Origin: Podarcis liolepis
Lineage: Eukaryota
Strand: one strand, 5' to 3'
Length of the DNA: 64,000 nucleotides
Assembly: GCA_965112155.1 (NCBI GenBank)
Contig: OZ218104.1
Part shown: in pieces, positions 29,061 to 43,720 of the stretch
Layout: every line of letters begins with the position of its first letter
How positions within the stretch are numbered: the first letter of the stretch is position 1
Translations under genes and position numbers: made by a program
Notes under the pieces: generated by a model
Database searches by the model: none
What the model was told of the DNA's origin: nothing
The model's input: the letters and a program-made list of their open reading frames with translations, nothing else

Positions 29061-32000
29061 AGTGTCTCATATCTTTCACATTTCCATAGAATTTTAGCTG
29101 TTATATTTTATTCCATTGATTTCTGCCTAGCAGGCTAAACCTGTCAAAATGTCTTCTTCCATACCACTATTTAAAGGTATGACAGTCTTGACCCCCTTTG
29201 CATCTGGTCAGCTTAGTAAACCATGCGTCAGGCAGCTGTGCCTAGGTCACATTGCGCATGTGATTACACTGGGCGATCATGGGAGATTAATGGTGGACCC
29301 ATTAGGTAATTAGATAGTGACAATCCTGTGTCTTAGATCATTTGGAAAACAAATCTTGTATGTCAGCATAATAGATTTACATCTCAAACCTGAAACTTTT
29401 ACAAAGATGAGTAGAGAAATGACTGCACCCAAGTTGGAACTAAAAAAAAGTTATTGAATCTGGATTTCCTGTTTGTTCCAGAACAAATGCAACCCTTGGA
29501 GTTCTAAATGTGCAAAGAATATAGAATCTGTTTCTGATTAAAATACTGCTAGCTGCAATCCAACTATGCAGTTCCCCCACTCTCAAGTTTAATAATGCCA
29601 TTTGCAGACCAGCTTTAAGTGCAAAGTTTGTGAATCACACTGAAGAAAAAGGTCTAGCCCTTGTAGCAGTGAAGACAGCCGTCACTACCTCTCATGAACA
29701 ATGTTTGAAGTGAAACAGTGGTCAGAACACAGGATCAATAGCAGCAGTTTGAGTCTATCTACATATGCAGAGATAGGTACTTTAGCACCAATATGAGCAC
29801 ACAGTTTTGACATCAAATACATAAAATCCAAATCCCACCTCTCAATTCCATTTTGGACTAAACACATATTTACAATCAAATATCAAAACACTTTTGATAC
29901 CTTGAGTAATTAAGGCTGCTGTCTTGCTTATTGAACACAGGAGGATTTATTTATGTGTTAACATGCTTTGAAGTCTTGCCTGGTTGCAACCTCTACAGAA
30001 CCAAGACTTGTTTGACGGCCTGCTGTCCAGGGCTGCCTGCAAACATTCAGCACAAATTTACTCATATAACTTATATTTAGGAAGATTAGTGGTTCATTCC
30101 TAAAGAGAAGCAAGTTACGGAGTTAGGCTCTCATTCTGTGCATACTTACGGAGCATTCTTTCCCATAAAATCCCTGTAGGACAGAAGTCTATCTTGAGCA
30201 TATTTGACTTGAAATATGGTCTACCTGTATGCAGAGAATTTTAAGTTTTGGCTTACAAGTAAATAAGTGTAAACTTAAAATTCTAAGGAAACTAATGTGG
30301 GTATGGCGTAGGACTCACATAGAAAGAGTTCAAGATTGGTCAGTAAATCATTAGTCTTAATAGATTTGCCAGGTACATACCTAAGTATATGCATTTGAAG
30401 GCAGAACCTATAGATTTTCACTGGCAGCCCTGCCTCCTATGCATGTTGTCTTAGAAGTTAAAGTCCAGCTATGTTCAATGGGACTTTACTTCCAAGTAAG
30501 TACAAAAAGCATTGCAGCTGTGCAGCCTGATCCTATTGCATGTAGGTCCCACTTATCCCAATGTTGACTAGCTTTCAAGTGTTTTTAGGTTTGCCGACAT
30601 CCATTGAGTCCAACATAACCTTCCGTGTAAATATACAGAGAACTGGGTTGCACGTATCCAGTTTGCAAGGACATTAATGAGACAAGCATACTAATCCTAA
30701 ACATGCCATATGGAAGTTCCTTTGAAATTAATGGGACCTAATTCCAAGTATTACATTCAGGATAGCTCTATTAATAAAACTTAACAGATTTGTCAATAGG
30801 AGACTCATGCTCTTAGCCCAAGTGACTTAGGGTCAGGGTATAAGATTTTGCTGCCTGCTTCTTAGTAATCACACAATATATTCTTGTTAGCCTTGTAGCA
30901 GTTGCTGGGTGGGTGGATGCTCTTGAGTTAGCCAATTGATTTAAATGTAATGAGCTAGCCCATAGTGTTAGACCATGTAGATCAGTCCTGTCTAGAGCAG
31001 GGGTGAACTTCAGGTCTGGGGCCCAAATGTGCCTCCAGGTCTCTCTATTCAGCCACTGGAACTCTCCTGAGGCCACACATCCTCTCCAGAAAGTTGCCCA
31101 GAAGGGAATGTGAATTTTGGGCTGAAAAAGGTTCACCATAATGGGTATAGAGAAAGTGGAAGTAGCTCTTAAGGAACTCGTGTAAAGGAACTTAGGGCAT
31201 CCTATCATGCAAAGTATATCACTATCACAATGCCAGGCCAAAACACATATCACCATTGCTAGGAAATCTGACACTGGACAAATGTAATTCATGGCTTTGT
31301 TAGACCCAAGGGTTCAGATTAAGGTTTTCACCGACTTGTGCACTTAAAAGTTTGAAGAGGTTGAAGCTTGACCTGTAAATCTTCTCACCACTTCAATTAA
31401 CTCAGTTAATTCAAGGGGCAAGTAGAGAAGCATGTTTTGTGTACATGAGCAATACAGTCCTAAGCACGTTTATTCAGAAGTAAGTCTCACTTACTGCTAA
31501 GTAGACAGGGATGGGACCACACTTTCAGTTGCTTAACTTTGTTGCCTGGAACTGCTAATTGCAGCTAAAGAGGTTAGAAATGTTCAGTAACACCTTTGTA
31601 GTTTGAATGAGTGGAACTGTTGTTCTTGACAATCTGCTGTGACTGAAATGAAACTCTGCTTTAAAAGCCATTTCAGATAGGGCCTTGTCTGCACAGGAAT
31701 TCCTAATGCATCCACTTTAAAGATACTGTTCCACAGACAGCTTAAAAGAGGAGCAATGCTCTCTTTTACATAATGTTTATCTAGCTCCACTGTCTAGCTC
31801 CAACAGCCCTGTGCTCAAATGCTGCCATCCAAGTCACATTTGTGCCAGGTCTTGGGTATGTCAGGATTATAAGATTGATTCTAATCTTCTTGGCTCTGGC
31901 AGGTACATATGTAAATCTCATTAACAGTAATAGGAGATGTACATGTGTAAACTTCAGACTGTCAACGTGAGATCATGCCTCTTCTTTGCACCATAGAATC

Positions 32001-33496
32001 AGAGTGGAGCTCAAGCACAGGAAAGGGTTCTCTGGAATCTCCAGGTAAGCCTGGGAAAGACCCCTGTCTGAAGCCCTGGAGAGCCACTGCCAGTGAGCGA
32101 AGAAACATAATGCTGTGTTAGATGAACTAATGGTCTGACTTGGCACAAGGCAGATTCATAGGTTTTAACGTCCTGTTACAGCATTAAAAAATCAGTGATA
32201 GTGGCTTGTTTTTAGGCCACATTGACACCCCAAATCTGAAACACATTATATGAAAGTCCCACTGAAATAAATGGAATCTTCTTTATAAGTATGCTCAGGA
32301 TTATAGCCAGAGCCTGCATTTAAAGCTTTGATTCTAAACACATTTACCAGAGAGCAAGTCCTATTTAACTCAGTAGAGTTTACTTCTGAGTAAACATACT
32401 TGGGATCTTGCTGCACTCTAGCTTCACTGTTTTAGAAATACCACTGTTCAGCTTCCATGCACAAACCAGGGGAGTTGTGCAGTGCGATTTTATTTACTCA
32501 GAATTAAATCCTGAATTCACTGGGACTTGCTCCCAGCTCAGGTATGTGTATCCATACATGATTTCAAGGCAATGAATACACCTACTAGGGAGTAAATCCT
32601 ACTGTGGGTATGTGATATATGCATTATATATAATGCAGCATGTGTGCACACTGTAATGCAGCATCCTTTCTGGAAGATTTGGTCCAAATAGGCATTTAAA
32701 CTTGACTGACAGTGAACAAAGAAGCTGAACTGGTTCTACCCCACAGCAAACTATAAGTGGTAGAATATGTTATGCAACAGTGAATTGAACACAGAGCTTC
32801 TTAAGGTCTCTGTAAATGGTGCTTAATCTTTCTTCTGCAGATTTGGATTGCCTTTCACAGTGTATGCTGTGCCAAAGTGCAATTAGTTCCGATAAAACAA
32901 AAGAAGTTCAGGTCTCTTAAACCATTTGGTTCTAAACTCCCCCTCCCACAAAAAAAAATAATACTATCAGGCTTAGCACCCAGGGCTAAAAGCACACTTC
33001 TTTTAGAGAGAGAAAACAAATCTTCAGCTCAGGACCACAACATCATTTATGTTTGTTGGAAATTATATGTAAATTTATAGGTGTCTCCATTTTGCCACTG
33101 AATTAATTCCCATCTCCAAATCATGTGCAATTTGTAATCAGTTTGTAAACATGGACCAACAGTAGAACCTACTCACAAACAATACTTTTTTCTGCTTACT
33201 GAGAATAATCATCTATAAATAGCGAACAAATCCCTACTATGGCTGGGAGTTGTAATACCCACATACCTTAGATGGACTGTTCTTTAAAGCTAGAATATCG
33301 CACAAATCCTCAGGCTTAGGACTTGAACAGAACACATCCCCTGCCCCTTATTCCGGCACAGGGATCCCATCTCATACTCGCCTCCTCCCTCCACCCTTTT
33401 GCTTGGAAAACCATAATCTGGGGGAACAAACGCCTCTCCTTTTTCTCCCTCATCAAGAAAAGCCAAACTCTTCTCCTGAACCTGGCATCCCCCACC

Positions 33497-34210
33497 TTAG
33501 GAGAGCTTTGCCACACACACGGCCAGGATGATGGCGATGAGGAGGACAGCCGTGAAGATGATGCCGGCCAGCACTTTGTTGATATCGCAAAAGGCCTTGC
33601 TCTCCTCCACCTCGATCATGCCGATGGAGGAGGCGCCCACGCTGATGGTGGACTTGAGCTCCGCCCCGGGGTCCTGCTTGGCCTCCACCGTCCATTGCGG
33701 GACGCTGACTTTCATCTCCATCTCGTACATCATCTCCCCCACTTGGTTGATCTCGTTCTCCAGGTCCTTCAAATCCACCACGTCGATGTTGTTGTCCGCC
33801 TCGTATTTCATGTTCTGGACGCTCATGGCCCGGGCGGCCACCCCGGAGGTGCCGCCGCTCATCCCCGTCTGGATGAGCGGCTTTTTGGGTACGTTGAGGG
33901 GGAACTCCTGGCCCAGCTCCAGGGCGCGCCGCATGTCGGTCTCCAGTATCTCCAAGCAGGTGGAGAAGAGGACCCAAAGTCGCTCGAATTCCGCCCTGTC
34001 CTCTTTGCTCACCGTCTTGTCCCGCAAGGCGGCCGTGAGCTTGTTGCGGTTGGCCACCGCCAGTTCCTGGGCTTTCTGCCGGGTCTTCTTGAGCTCCTCG
34101 CGCAGGTTCTGCGAGTCCGAGGTGCCGCCGATGGTCAGCACCATGTGCCGGTAGCAGGCCGTCACTTTGCTCAGCGCGTCCAGCAGCGCCTTGCACTCAT
34201 CCTTCGCCAT
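33497..34210 (-). CDS. RGS9BP: RGS9-binding protein (R9AP), single coding exon, 237 aa
   Basis: GCCATGG Kozak; [51 protein letters not shown]..., C-terminal transmembrane helix [21 protein letters not shown]; synteny. Confidence 0.96.
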   Translation of the reverse strand: MAKDECKALLDALSKVTACYRHMVLTIGGTSDSQNLREELKKTRQKAQELAVANRNKLTAALRDKTVSKEDRAEFERLWVLFSTCLEILETDMRRALELGQEFPLNVPKKPLIQTGMSGGTSGVAARAMSVQNMKYEADNNIDVVDLKDLENEINQVGEMMYEMEMKVSVPQWTVEAKQDPGAELKSTISVGASSIGMIEVEESKAFCDINKVLAGIIFTAVLLIAIILAVCVAKLS

Positions 34211-34299
34211 GGCGCGCACCGGCCGGGGCAACCGGGCTGCCGCTGCTTCTCACGGCCCTACGCGCTGCTGCTCCTCCTCCCCCCGCCGCCCCTCCTTCG

Positions 34300-35280
34300 A
34301 AGCTCAGCCCCGGTGGCTCCGTCTCCGGACCCCGCGCACATGGCAGAGCCCCCCGATCGCCCACAGCCCGCGCCGCTCACCGCCTGCTGGAGTCAGCGCA
34401 ACGCCTGGATCTTGGGCGAGCGAGAAAGAGCCTCGCCCTGTACTGGTTGCTCTCCAGCATCCTTAGGAAACGCCACCGCAGGAGGTGAAAGACAGGTGTC
34501 AGGAGAGCTAGCTGGCCGCCCTCGCTGTCTTGTGCCTTCCTCGGGAGGCTGAGCTCCGTTCCGGCTCCCTTTAAGCGCGCTCGGGCTCCCGAGCAGGCGC
34601 CGGGCTGCCGGCCTTAAATAGCGCACAGCTGGAGCTTCTGGAGCCAATCACAGGGGCCCCCAGCTCAGCTTTTCAGAGTTGCCTCCGCCGCCACCACCAC
34701 CACCGCCGGGCTCCTGCTCTTCCTCTTCTCTCCGTCGAACGCCGCATCTGCTTTTCCGGCTGCTCCTGCTGCTGCTTTTCGGTGAGCCTTCCCCCCCCCC
34801 CCAAGCTCCACCTTCTCGGGCTGCTTACTGAGCAGACGTGGTCGAAGCGGCTGTGGAAACGGCCCGGCGGATTGGCTGGCCTGCTGGGAAGTGCCCGCCT
34901 CGGTGGCTTGGCGAGGAAGAGGCAAGGCTCTGGGCGGCTGTAGGGGGGCCGGGGGCGCAGGAAGGCGGCGAGTGAGGGCGGCCGCCAAGGAGCCCTGGTC
35001 GCACTCGGTGGCTCGGGAGGCAAGTGAGCCAGGAAGTCCGGGGGGCCAGAGCTTGAAGCGCTTGAGCGCCGGCCGAGAGGCGTCCTGGCCAGCGGGTTCC
35101 CTCCAGGCCTCTCCTGCGGGGTTTGGTCCTCAGCCTGGGCCAGTGCGGGCGCTTCTTGGCGGCAGGCGGCTGGAAGGGAACTGGGGGGCCCTGCAGCCCA
35201 ATGTCGCGTGTGTCGTGAGCTGCTTCCTTTCCGCTTCCTGCCTTTCGGGCGTTGGAGTGCTCGGACGTGTCCTTTCAGTA
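34300..35280. promoter_or_regulatory. Shared CpG island / divergent promoter of RGS9BP (-) and ANKRD27 (+), including the probable non-coding exon 1 of ANKRD27
   Basis: CpG-rich; minus-strand TATTTAA at ~34614-34620; CCAAT boxes ~34644 and ~34871; ETS-like CTTCC motifs at 35222-35240; GTAAGT donor at 35278. Confidence 0.7.
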
Positions 35281-38200
35281 AGTGCTGCTTTGCAAAGGGA
35301 GTGAAGTTGCAGGGTGATGCAGAAAAGTTCAGAGGGGAAGAAGCGTTAGGGGCTTATTGCTTCCCTTGAGGCAGTCCCTGGAAAGTGTTTGGTGTGTGGC
35401 CTGAAATATCCTTGACTGGAGAAGAAATAGGCAGCTGAAGATGTGTTTGAAATGAGTTTCTGGCTGGATATCGTCCTTTGCTGGTAATAGATATTAAGCC
35501 GAGTCAACCATGGGGATTATAACTGGAGACTTCATCGGGAATGCAGCGGTGCAATCCTGCATGTTTTACTTTGAAGCAAAGGCCACTGAGCTCTATGGGG
35601 CTTGCCCCCAACTACCGTAGTTATGCATAGGATTCTGAAAAGAGGAGTTCTTGCAATGTACTTTCTGCCCACACAGGAAGTTGTGGTCTGCAGTCTTTCC
35701 AGTGTGGGCTTCTCTGTAACTCCTCTGTGGAAGGACAGGTTTGAATCCCTTGGGCATTTTTGAAACATTAAGCAGTTCATAAATGCTTTAAATTCACATA
35801 AATACATGGGTAAGCTTAATTTTTTTGGATGGAAAACAGGATATTGATGGTAACTTTTATGTAAAGTAGCTAAAAGCACATATTCCAAAATACCCACCAT
35901 GACATAGTATCTTTCTAGCAGGCAAAGACAGTAATTAAGCAATTAAGACAGTAACCCTATATCAGTTTACCTAGGAGTAAGTCCAGTGGAGCTTCCTGCT
36001 GTGTAGGCATGTATAGAATTGCATTGTGACTGGCTTTACCATCCCATAGACTGGTGTTCAAGAGACTAGAATCCTACTCTTGTCTGCTTTGATGTGAGCT
36101 CCACTAAATTCAGTTTTATCTTATTTCCAATAAGTATAGGATTTTTAAGGAGGCAATGCATAGTATCTGCTCAGAGTAAGCCCCCTACTGAACTTGGTGG
36201 GGGCCCGACTCTGAAGAAATATGCATTTATGTTGGGTTGCATGCCTGCAATTCTAGACACTCATTAGGAATAAATCCCACGGCAGGCACCTGCTGCTGAG
36301 TAAACATGGGTGAGAACACGATGACTTAAGTGATATGTAGGCCATGTTCTCAAAGTGAAACTTTTATTTGTAATTTTCAAGATGCCTTGCATAATACAAA
36401 GAAACAAGTGTAATAAAGCATTTTTATTAAGAGTTTTGACGAATTCTGGGGGTGAGGTGGGGGACACGATGACTTGTGTGTGAAGAATAGTATAGTTCAC
36501 ATCCTAGCAGAAGCCCAATTCTTCATTTACTAGCATTCACCCCCCCCTTATTTAAAGTTAAATGTTGGGGTTTGGTATTCTACCTTGATATAAGTTGAGG
36601 GTTTTTATCTACATGGAGGTTGAGTTCCACTTGTTGTTTTGCTTAGATTCACTAGTTTTGTTTCCAAGATAGTGGCAGGCATTATGCTAAAAGCTTGTGT
36701 GTTAGAAATCAGTGGCTGCTTGGAAGCAAGTGCACTCCTTGTATGCAGTTAACAAAACAACATAGGAAGCATCAGTTTTGAGTTACCAAAACTTATGCAT
36801 GGAGCATTTCTAAGTAGAACGTTGATAAGTCATGTGGCTGGGCGTTTAAATCGGTACCACATCTTGTCAACTGACTTTCTTGGAAAGAGCTTATGCGAAC
36901 ACTGCTTTTCAAGTTTGTCAAAGCAGCAACTTCACCAGTGTCTTGAGCCAACTTATTTTGCAGGGTGGGGGATAAGGGCACCCCTCAAACCCCCAGCCCA
37001 GTGAAGATTGTGTCCACACTGACCACATAATGCTGAACAGGGTGTGTGGGTGGGAGAGGGAGAGGGAGCAGAGTATTCTGGAAGATGGCAGTGTGGCTGG
37101 AGCCCTAACCAGAGCATTCCATCCACACTACAGCTTCTTGTTGTAAATAGTCTGTTTTGAAAGACTACAAGCTCTGCACTCTGAACTCCGTGGCTCAATT
37201 ATCAAATTGCATTATTGCATGCCTGTTTTGTAAGTTAAGTGGCAGCATGAACTTCATCAGATATTAGCTGCATAGATCTGTGGTGTTACAAATCTCTTCA
37301 GTGGCCCTACAGGTGGTCCTCATTTACTGCACTGAGAGCAGCAGGCACTTTCCTGATGCTGTGAGTTTCCTAACTAGCTTGGGGAATGGGGAGGAAGCCA
37401 TACTTAATTGTTTGTGTATATATAGATATATTGGTTGTTTTAAAGGCCTTGTTTGTTTTGCATTTTAATTATGAATGTTTTGATGTTTTATTACATTGTT
37501 TTATTGCATATTTTATGTGTGGCCATCCTTTTTAAACTGGTTTTATATTTGTAAACCACTAAAGCGGTAAATGAATCAATCAATTTGTTATATATTTTGG
37601 AAAGTGGTTTGTCTTGTCTTCTGTTTCTTCTCTATATATTCAGACGCCTCTTGAGATATCGTTGCTAAACTTGGCACAAGGGTTCCTTCCCAAGGTGGGG
37701 ATCAGTCTTCATTGATGTTTAGATGCCAGGCACCATTTTGAATCAAGGTGGTGGACCAAAACATGGGTTTGGATTGGCAGCACCTGATTTTTGGTGTCAC
37801 AGGTCCAAACTCACAAATTGCATTATCTATCCATTTTAAAAAAGGTTTCTAAAAATACCCAGGCAGCACCGGGCACTTCCTGCTAGTCAAATGATGATGA
37901 TCATGATGATCACGATATAATAATATAGAGGATTTCCTGAGGGGATCTGTCTGACTTCATAGATGATAAGGTTACCACCAGTGGGCCAAATAAAAGTGAG
38001 TACAATTAGAACTTAATGATTTTCAAAAGGTGGGGGTGAGCGTTGGAGATAAACTTCTTGGTCTGAAGCCAAAATACTGAATGTAGACACATTGGCATCT
38101 TAAAATACAGCTAAGTCTTCTTTTTCTCAATTTCACAGGATGCAATAGGATAGAAAGATATAGATTGGAGCCAACATTGTGTGTACATGACTTCCCAAAT

Positions 38201-38689
38201 AAGTGGTGGGCATGCATTGGATTCAGCGAAGATGGGAGTGCATACCCAGCCTTTGTGGCATGGACTCTTCACTTCCCCGAGCAATTCAGTTATGGGGTAG
38301 CTTGCTCTGAGTTTAGCTTTCTCTGGATTGGAGCGCTTAACTGTATTTCTTTGCTCAATCTACAAATAAACGAGTAAAACAGGAATGCAGAGAAAGAGCA
38401 GACATCCCATGAAGTAGAAGATCTATTACACCGTATCAAATCCCCAGAGAACAGGCCAGACCCCAGATATACTTCTAGCATTTAGCTAATTCTGACTGCT
38501 CTGCCTCATTTATGCCCAAACTATTGCTCAGCCCCTTCCATTAACTGGTGTGTGTGGAGTCACCACCTTGAATCTTTGGCTATCTCTTCAGACACAATGG
38601 AGGGATGATTGACTATCTCATAGCAATTGGTTCCTATCAGCTGGCCATTAAGAGTAGTAGGCCAGAAGCTGTAAAGCCATGTACGGCTT

Positions 38690-39048
38690 AGGCAGGGAAC
38701 TTTTCAGCTCAGTGTCACATTCACTTGTGGGGGCCGCATGCCATTTGTGGGATTGGCCATAGGCCAATGTGGGCAGAGCAACAAATGGGAATTTTATCTT
38801 TGTACAAGAGGCTAAATTCTACACATACACACTCCTCTCTGTCCTTCATTCACACAAGCTAGAAGCATTATCAGAAATCAGGGACATAGTTCTGCCAGCA
38901 AAAACACTCAAGGGGAAATGCAAAGCAGAGCTAGTGAGGGGTGTTGCCTAAAAACAAGGGTGTGTGGCCTGGGGAGAGGCCCATGGCTGGATAAAGGGGC
39001 CCTAGAAGGCTGCATTTGGCTCCTGGGCCTGAGGCTTCCCATCTCCGA
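38690..39048. mobile_element. Degenerate hAT-like non-autonomous element
   Basis: GGGAAC.../...TTCCC termini with subterminal GGGCC motifs similar to the other hAT MITEs here; boundaries approximate. Confidence 0.4.
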
Positions 39049-42000
39049 TGCAAGAGAATAGTCTTATCAAATAGTACAGTTTTTAAATTAACTTGGTTAT
39101 GTGTTGGGATATACAAGAATATTAAGTGGGTATGTTTTTCATAGACAGAACTACTAGGCTTTTGCCTCAAACTTTGCAGGATATCCTGGGGTGAGACATG
39201 GTTGTGGGATGTGCTTGAGATCATTTGCTTGCTTTAAATGAGGTTTGGCTTTCCTTTTCCCCCAGTCATTTGATGCTGTAGCTGTAAAAGAATGGATCCA
39301 TTGAAGTTAAGTTTAACTGCCTTAGTCATTGTGAAAATGCTCTGCTTAACAGATGCAAAAACAGACCCTGCTTTAGCCACCTCATAAACTTAACAATGTC
39401 AGAAGATGACTCATTCACACAAGTGACCTTGGAATATTTCCTGAAAACATGCTTGATTGTCTTGCATTGCTAAACCTGTTTAGAGGTGGGCTTGTGGCAT
39501 TTATGCGAGAACCATCCAACAAATGTGACCTGCTAGACATGCTGTGAAATGTTTGTTTGCCAAGCAGGGTAATATTGTGTGGTATCGGCACATGACCACA
39601 TCCCGTAACACATGTTAAAAAAAAATCTAGTGATAATCCTTCCTGGGGTATAAGAATATAGGTTCAGGGATACATAATCTTCCATGTTAATGTTCTAGGA
39701 GGAGAGGGCTAGGCTAGTACTTCCTTATATAAGGAGGGAGCCTTTTTATATGCAAGAGCATTAATCAAGTGATTCCTCCACATGCTTTTCTGGTGGCTGT
39801 GTCATGTGGTTTTCTTCTAAACGTCTAACATGGCTTTGGCTCTAGTTCAAACTTTCTTCTATGAACTTGGGCTAATTGCAATCCCTCTGCCAACCCTACT
39901 GTGGGCAGTGGTGTTGACTGTAAAAAGGGAATAACCCTCTGTTTTCCTGAGCCACTCTGAGAAAAGACGTAATGCAATGCTAAAGGTATCACAACACACC
40001 TGGTAAGTGTGAATCCAGGGCAGATAGGGGGCCTAGGGTTGCATCTGACGTATTCCCCTGTTTTTCCATATTCTACATTATTCAGCACTCTTCTTTGAAA
40101 CTTTTCTCAAGTTAGACTATTTCCATCTAGTATTACTACCCCAGGGGGAACACTCTCACAACCCCTTCTAGGATTTTTACTCTTCAGGAATCATAGTAGT
40201 TTGCTGTGCCAAGATAACCCCAAATCCCCTTCAGAACTGGTCCCTGTCTCTGCAGGTCGTCAACCCCTATCTAACAGTTTTAACTGTCAAGTTTTGAATT
40301 GTTTTAACCAGCTCTGATTGGCTCACCAAGAGGCTGACCATGGGTATGTCCATCAACTCCCCTCAGCATAAAGTAAACTAGGGAAGAATGAAGTGTTGGA
40401 GAGAAGATATAGTCTGCCAGCTGGTTCTGGGAGCAACTGTTAGTGTGGCTTGGCTTGTATCTGTTCTGTTGCTACTAAGCAGTTTAGACTTGTCACTTGC
40501 AGCGTGTAATCCCATATGCTGGGAATTGCCTGCTGTCTTGCCATCACTTGGAACTACTACTTCTGGCCCATCAGAGCTACCATCTGTCAATATCAAAATT
40601 ACTTTATATCACTGTCTATTTGCGTTATGATCCCATCTGCATTTGGCCATGAGCTATAGATGCTACACTTATAACTAAGCAGCAGTGTTCCCGATTAAAA
40701 TCACCAATCGTTTTTGCCCTTAGAATGATTGTAGCTGTTGGTACTACTTGGCTTATAAAGCTATGTTGTGTTTACTAGTTAGTGGCATCCTTCAGGTTTC
40801 TCTTGGCAGCTGCAAACTGGGCATCTTTGCTTGATCTATTCAAGACTATACAGAGATTCTGAACTCCAAATTTTCTTGAAATGGGCCTGTCCTAATCAAT
40901 AGGCTTTATCAAGAGGCTCCAGCTGTGTCCCAGAGCATAGCCTTATGCACTGGGTAGAGTAGCAGTGGGGAATTCTAGTTAGGCCTGCCTGGTCTCCCCA
41001 TTTAGCCAACAGCATGGTTTGGGCCATGCCATGCCCACCTGTTCATCACCTGATGAGATACTGTCAGGCACAGGACATATCAGCCCTTAGGGCCAAATTG
41101 TAAAGGAAGAATAAAGAACTTCCTTTTGAGTACGGTATGTGCCTCTTTGCCCTCACCTTTGGCATCTGAGATGTGTGTTTTAAGGTCCTCCCTATTATGT
41201 AGCTGTAATCTGTTTTAACCATTCTGAATTCTAAATGGTTGTAACCTAGCCTGGGACCTGCTGGTGAATGATGGGTAATAGCTTTAGTAATAATAAGTGC
41301 TCTTCTGATTGTGCCTTTCCTGTTTTGGGCCCTTTCTGAGTTTGCAGCAACAAGAAAAAGGTGCCAAATTCAAAAAGGACTAGATTACAACTGGAAAGGA
41401 AGAGAGGCTTGAATTAAAGCTTGGACTGCAAAGGGAGCATTGTGGGGCATGCTTGGAGTGCACTCCTGATCCTTGGGTTCAGAGTTGGATCACCTGATGT
41501 CAGGTGATTGACAGGTAGGCAGCCACTCCCACTTGTCCAAGTGGTCCATGGAGAGGGGGAATGCTGGATCTGGCCTGCCAATTTGATCCAGTTCCCCACC
41601 CCTGGGGCAGAGAGAGGGCCTCAGCTGAGAAATCTTTAAGCCTGCTTGTAGGTCGTTTCTCTTCCCTCTAAAACAGGAGCCATACAACTGAATGGCATGG
41701 GGGGAAGGTGCTGCTGCTTAGAGGCCCTTATGATGGGGGGAAAAACCTGTGGTCCCTGTTCACTTACAACATTTTTGTGTGGTGGTGGTGGTGGGATTTG
41801 GCAAACTATATTTTCACCCAAGGAAGCAAAATAGCATGAATAGACCCTACCGGTGTTTTGTTTTTTAAATGGAGGGAATGGGAAACTTGACATTCTAGGA
41901 TGGATTCTGAAGTGGGCAAGATTGGTTGGGAAGGGTTGAACATGACTTGAGACAGAAGGCTTGGTTGTGAGTCCTGGAAAACCTGCTCCTTGCCTTGTAG

Positions 42001-42889
42001 GCCTTTCCCCACCTGGTCCAGGAGGGTGAGGCCATGACAGATGCCTGCTACAAAAGCTGAGGACCGAACAAACTATTGGGCTGGGGTATTGTTAGGAGTA
42101 GTTGTTGTTGCTGTTACTGATTTTAATTTTTTGTATATTTATTTTGTATCTTTATTGTTATATATGTGGCAATTGTTCAATTTGGTTGTGTACTTTTTAA
42201 GGTTTTATTTGTTTTGTTTTGCTTTGCTTTGAATATAAGCCGCACCTTTAAAATTGGGGGGGGGGGAGGAAAAATACCTGAATATAAGCCGCTCCATTCC
42301 TCATTGCTCCTGGCTGCATACTGGGGGGGGGGGGGAGCCTGCGCTGTGTTGCTGATGGCCTTTCCCCTTCCTTGCTGTCTCCTGGCCTTGGGGGAGAGGA
42401 CAGGGGAATATGCGTGGGGCGGGTGCCTCTTTGCTGTGCTCCTGGCACTGTTTGCCTCGCGCTCCTGGCTGCATACTGTAAGGTTGCGAATACTGTATAA
42501 GCCACACTAACTTCGTATGGTCAGAAGTTGGGGGGAAAGTGAAGCATATATTCAGGCCAATACGTTATGTATTTTTTTCATGTTGTAAACTGCCTTGAGC
42601 ATGGTTTTAACTGTCTCGAGCAAGAAGAGAAATTAAAACTTGAGTATACAATGGAAGGATAGACAAGGGCTGTAGTCAGTCCTCTGGTATCATGGTCTTC
42701 TTGCTTTCCTTTTCGTACTTCATAACCTTCAGCTATAGATTGAAGCAGAGCTTAGTGTTTCCTTTATGGTGCAATACGGGAAAGTAATTGGTCTAAACTG
42801 TTTCTGATCCATCAGAGGCCAGTGAATAATTAATAAACAAGAATACTAATGATTTTATTCATGAATCATTTCCAATTCAGTAAAAAGTA

Positions 42890-42960
42890 GTAAAACAACT
42901 GCATATATAAAAACAAAAGGACAACTGCATATATAAAAACAAACGGACAATTGCATATTT
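42890..42960. repeat. 26-bp tandem repeat (about 2.5 copies)
   Basis: ACAACTGCATATATAAAAACAAAAGG repeated with minor variation. Confidence 0.7.
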
Positions 42961-43717
42961 TATATATATATATATATATATGTGCGCACGCAATTTAAAA
43001 TCCAGCTGGGGATAACAGTCTTTACTGAGAAGACTTTTTAGAAGAGGAAAGTGAATGATTGGTAGATCCCTGGTGTCTGGTGTTACAAGGGACTGAGTTG
43101 GGATGGTGGCACCTATTCCAAGGCATAGAAACAAACACCCCTGGTCTCCTGTCACATAGTCTGGAAAACACCCAGGACATTTTGCTGCTTGAGGGAAAAA
43201 AAGGGTGGGGTGGCACCCGTTCCTGTCCATATGCAGAAACCTACTGAACTGTTGGTTGACTTTCTTCAACACTTCTGATGGGGCAGCTGCCTCCACTTCC
43301 TCTGAAGGCAGCAACACTTAGCTTGGAGGGGGCACAGGGCAGATTGCTTGGCACATACAGGTTGCATTCTGTTCCCTGCCTACCAACATTTGCTGCCTGA
43401 AGCAGTTGCCTCCTCACTCTGCCTAATACTAGACTAGAGTTGGACCTAATGCACCTTCTTCTCCAGTCCCCCTAGAATTTGACTTTTTCATACTCTTCTA
43501 TATAATTGTGTACATGGAAATAGTGGTACATAATTATGCAAATGGTTGAGAGGGGTATTGTGGTGCAATCCTATGTAAGCAAGTGCCATTGAGTTCAATA
43601 TGGCTTTCTTTGACATAAGTGCGTATAGGATTGCAGCCTATGTCTGTGGGAAGAATGATAGGAAGTGTCTTTCTTCTGGTTACTAATGGTAGCAATTGGG
43701 TTTTGACCACGGAGATA

Positions 43718-43720
<3 letters not shown>

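Noticed and set aside
33323-34552. 409-aa plus-strand ORF and other ORFs overlapping RGS9BP
   Set aside because: Antisense or alternate-frame shadows of a GC-rich CDS and CpG island; no homology recognised.
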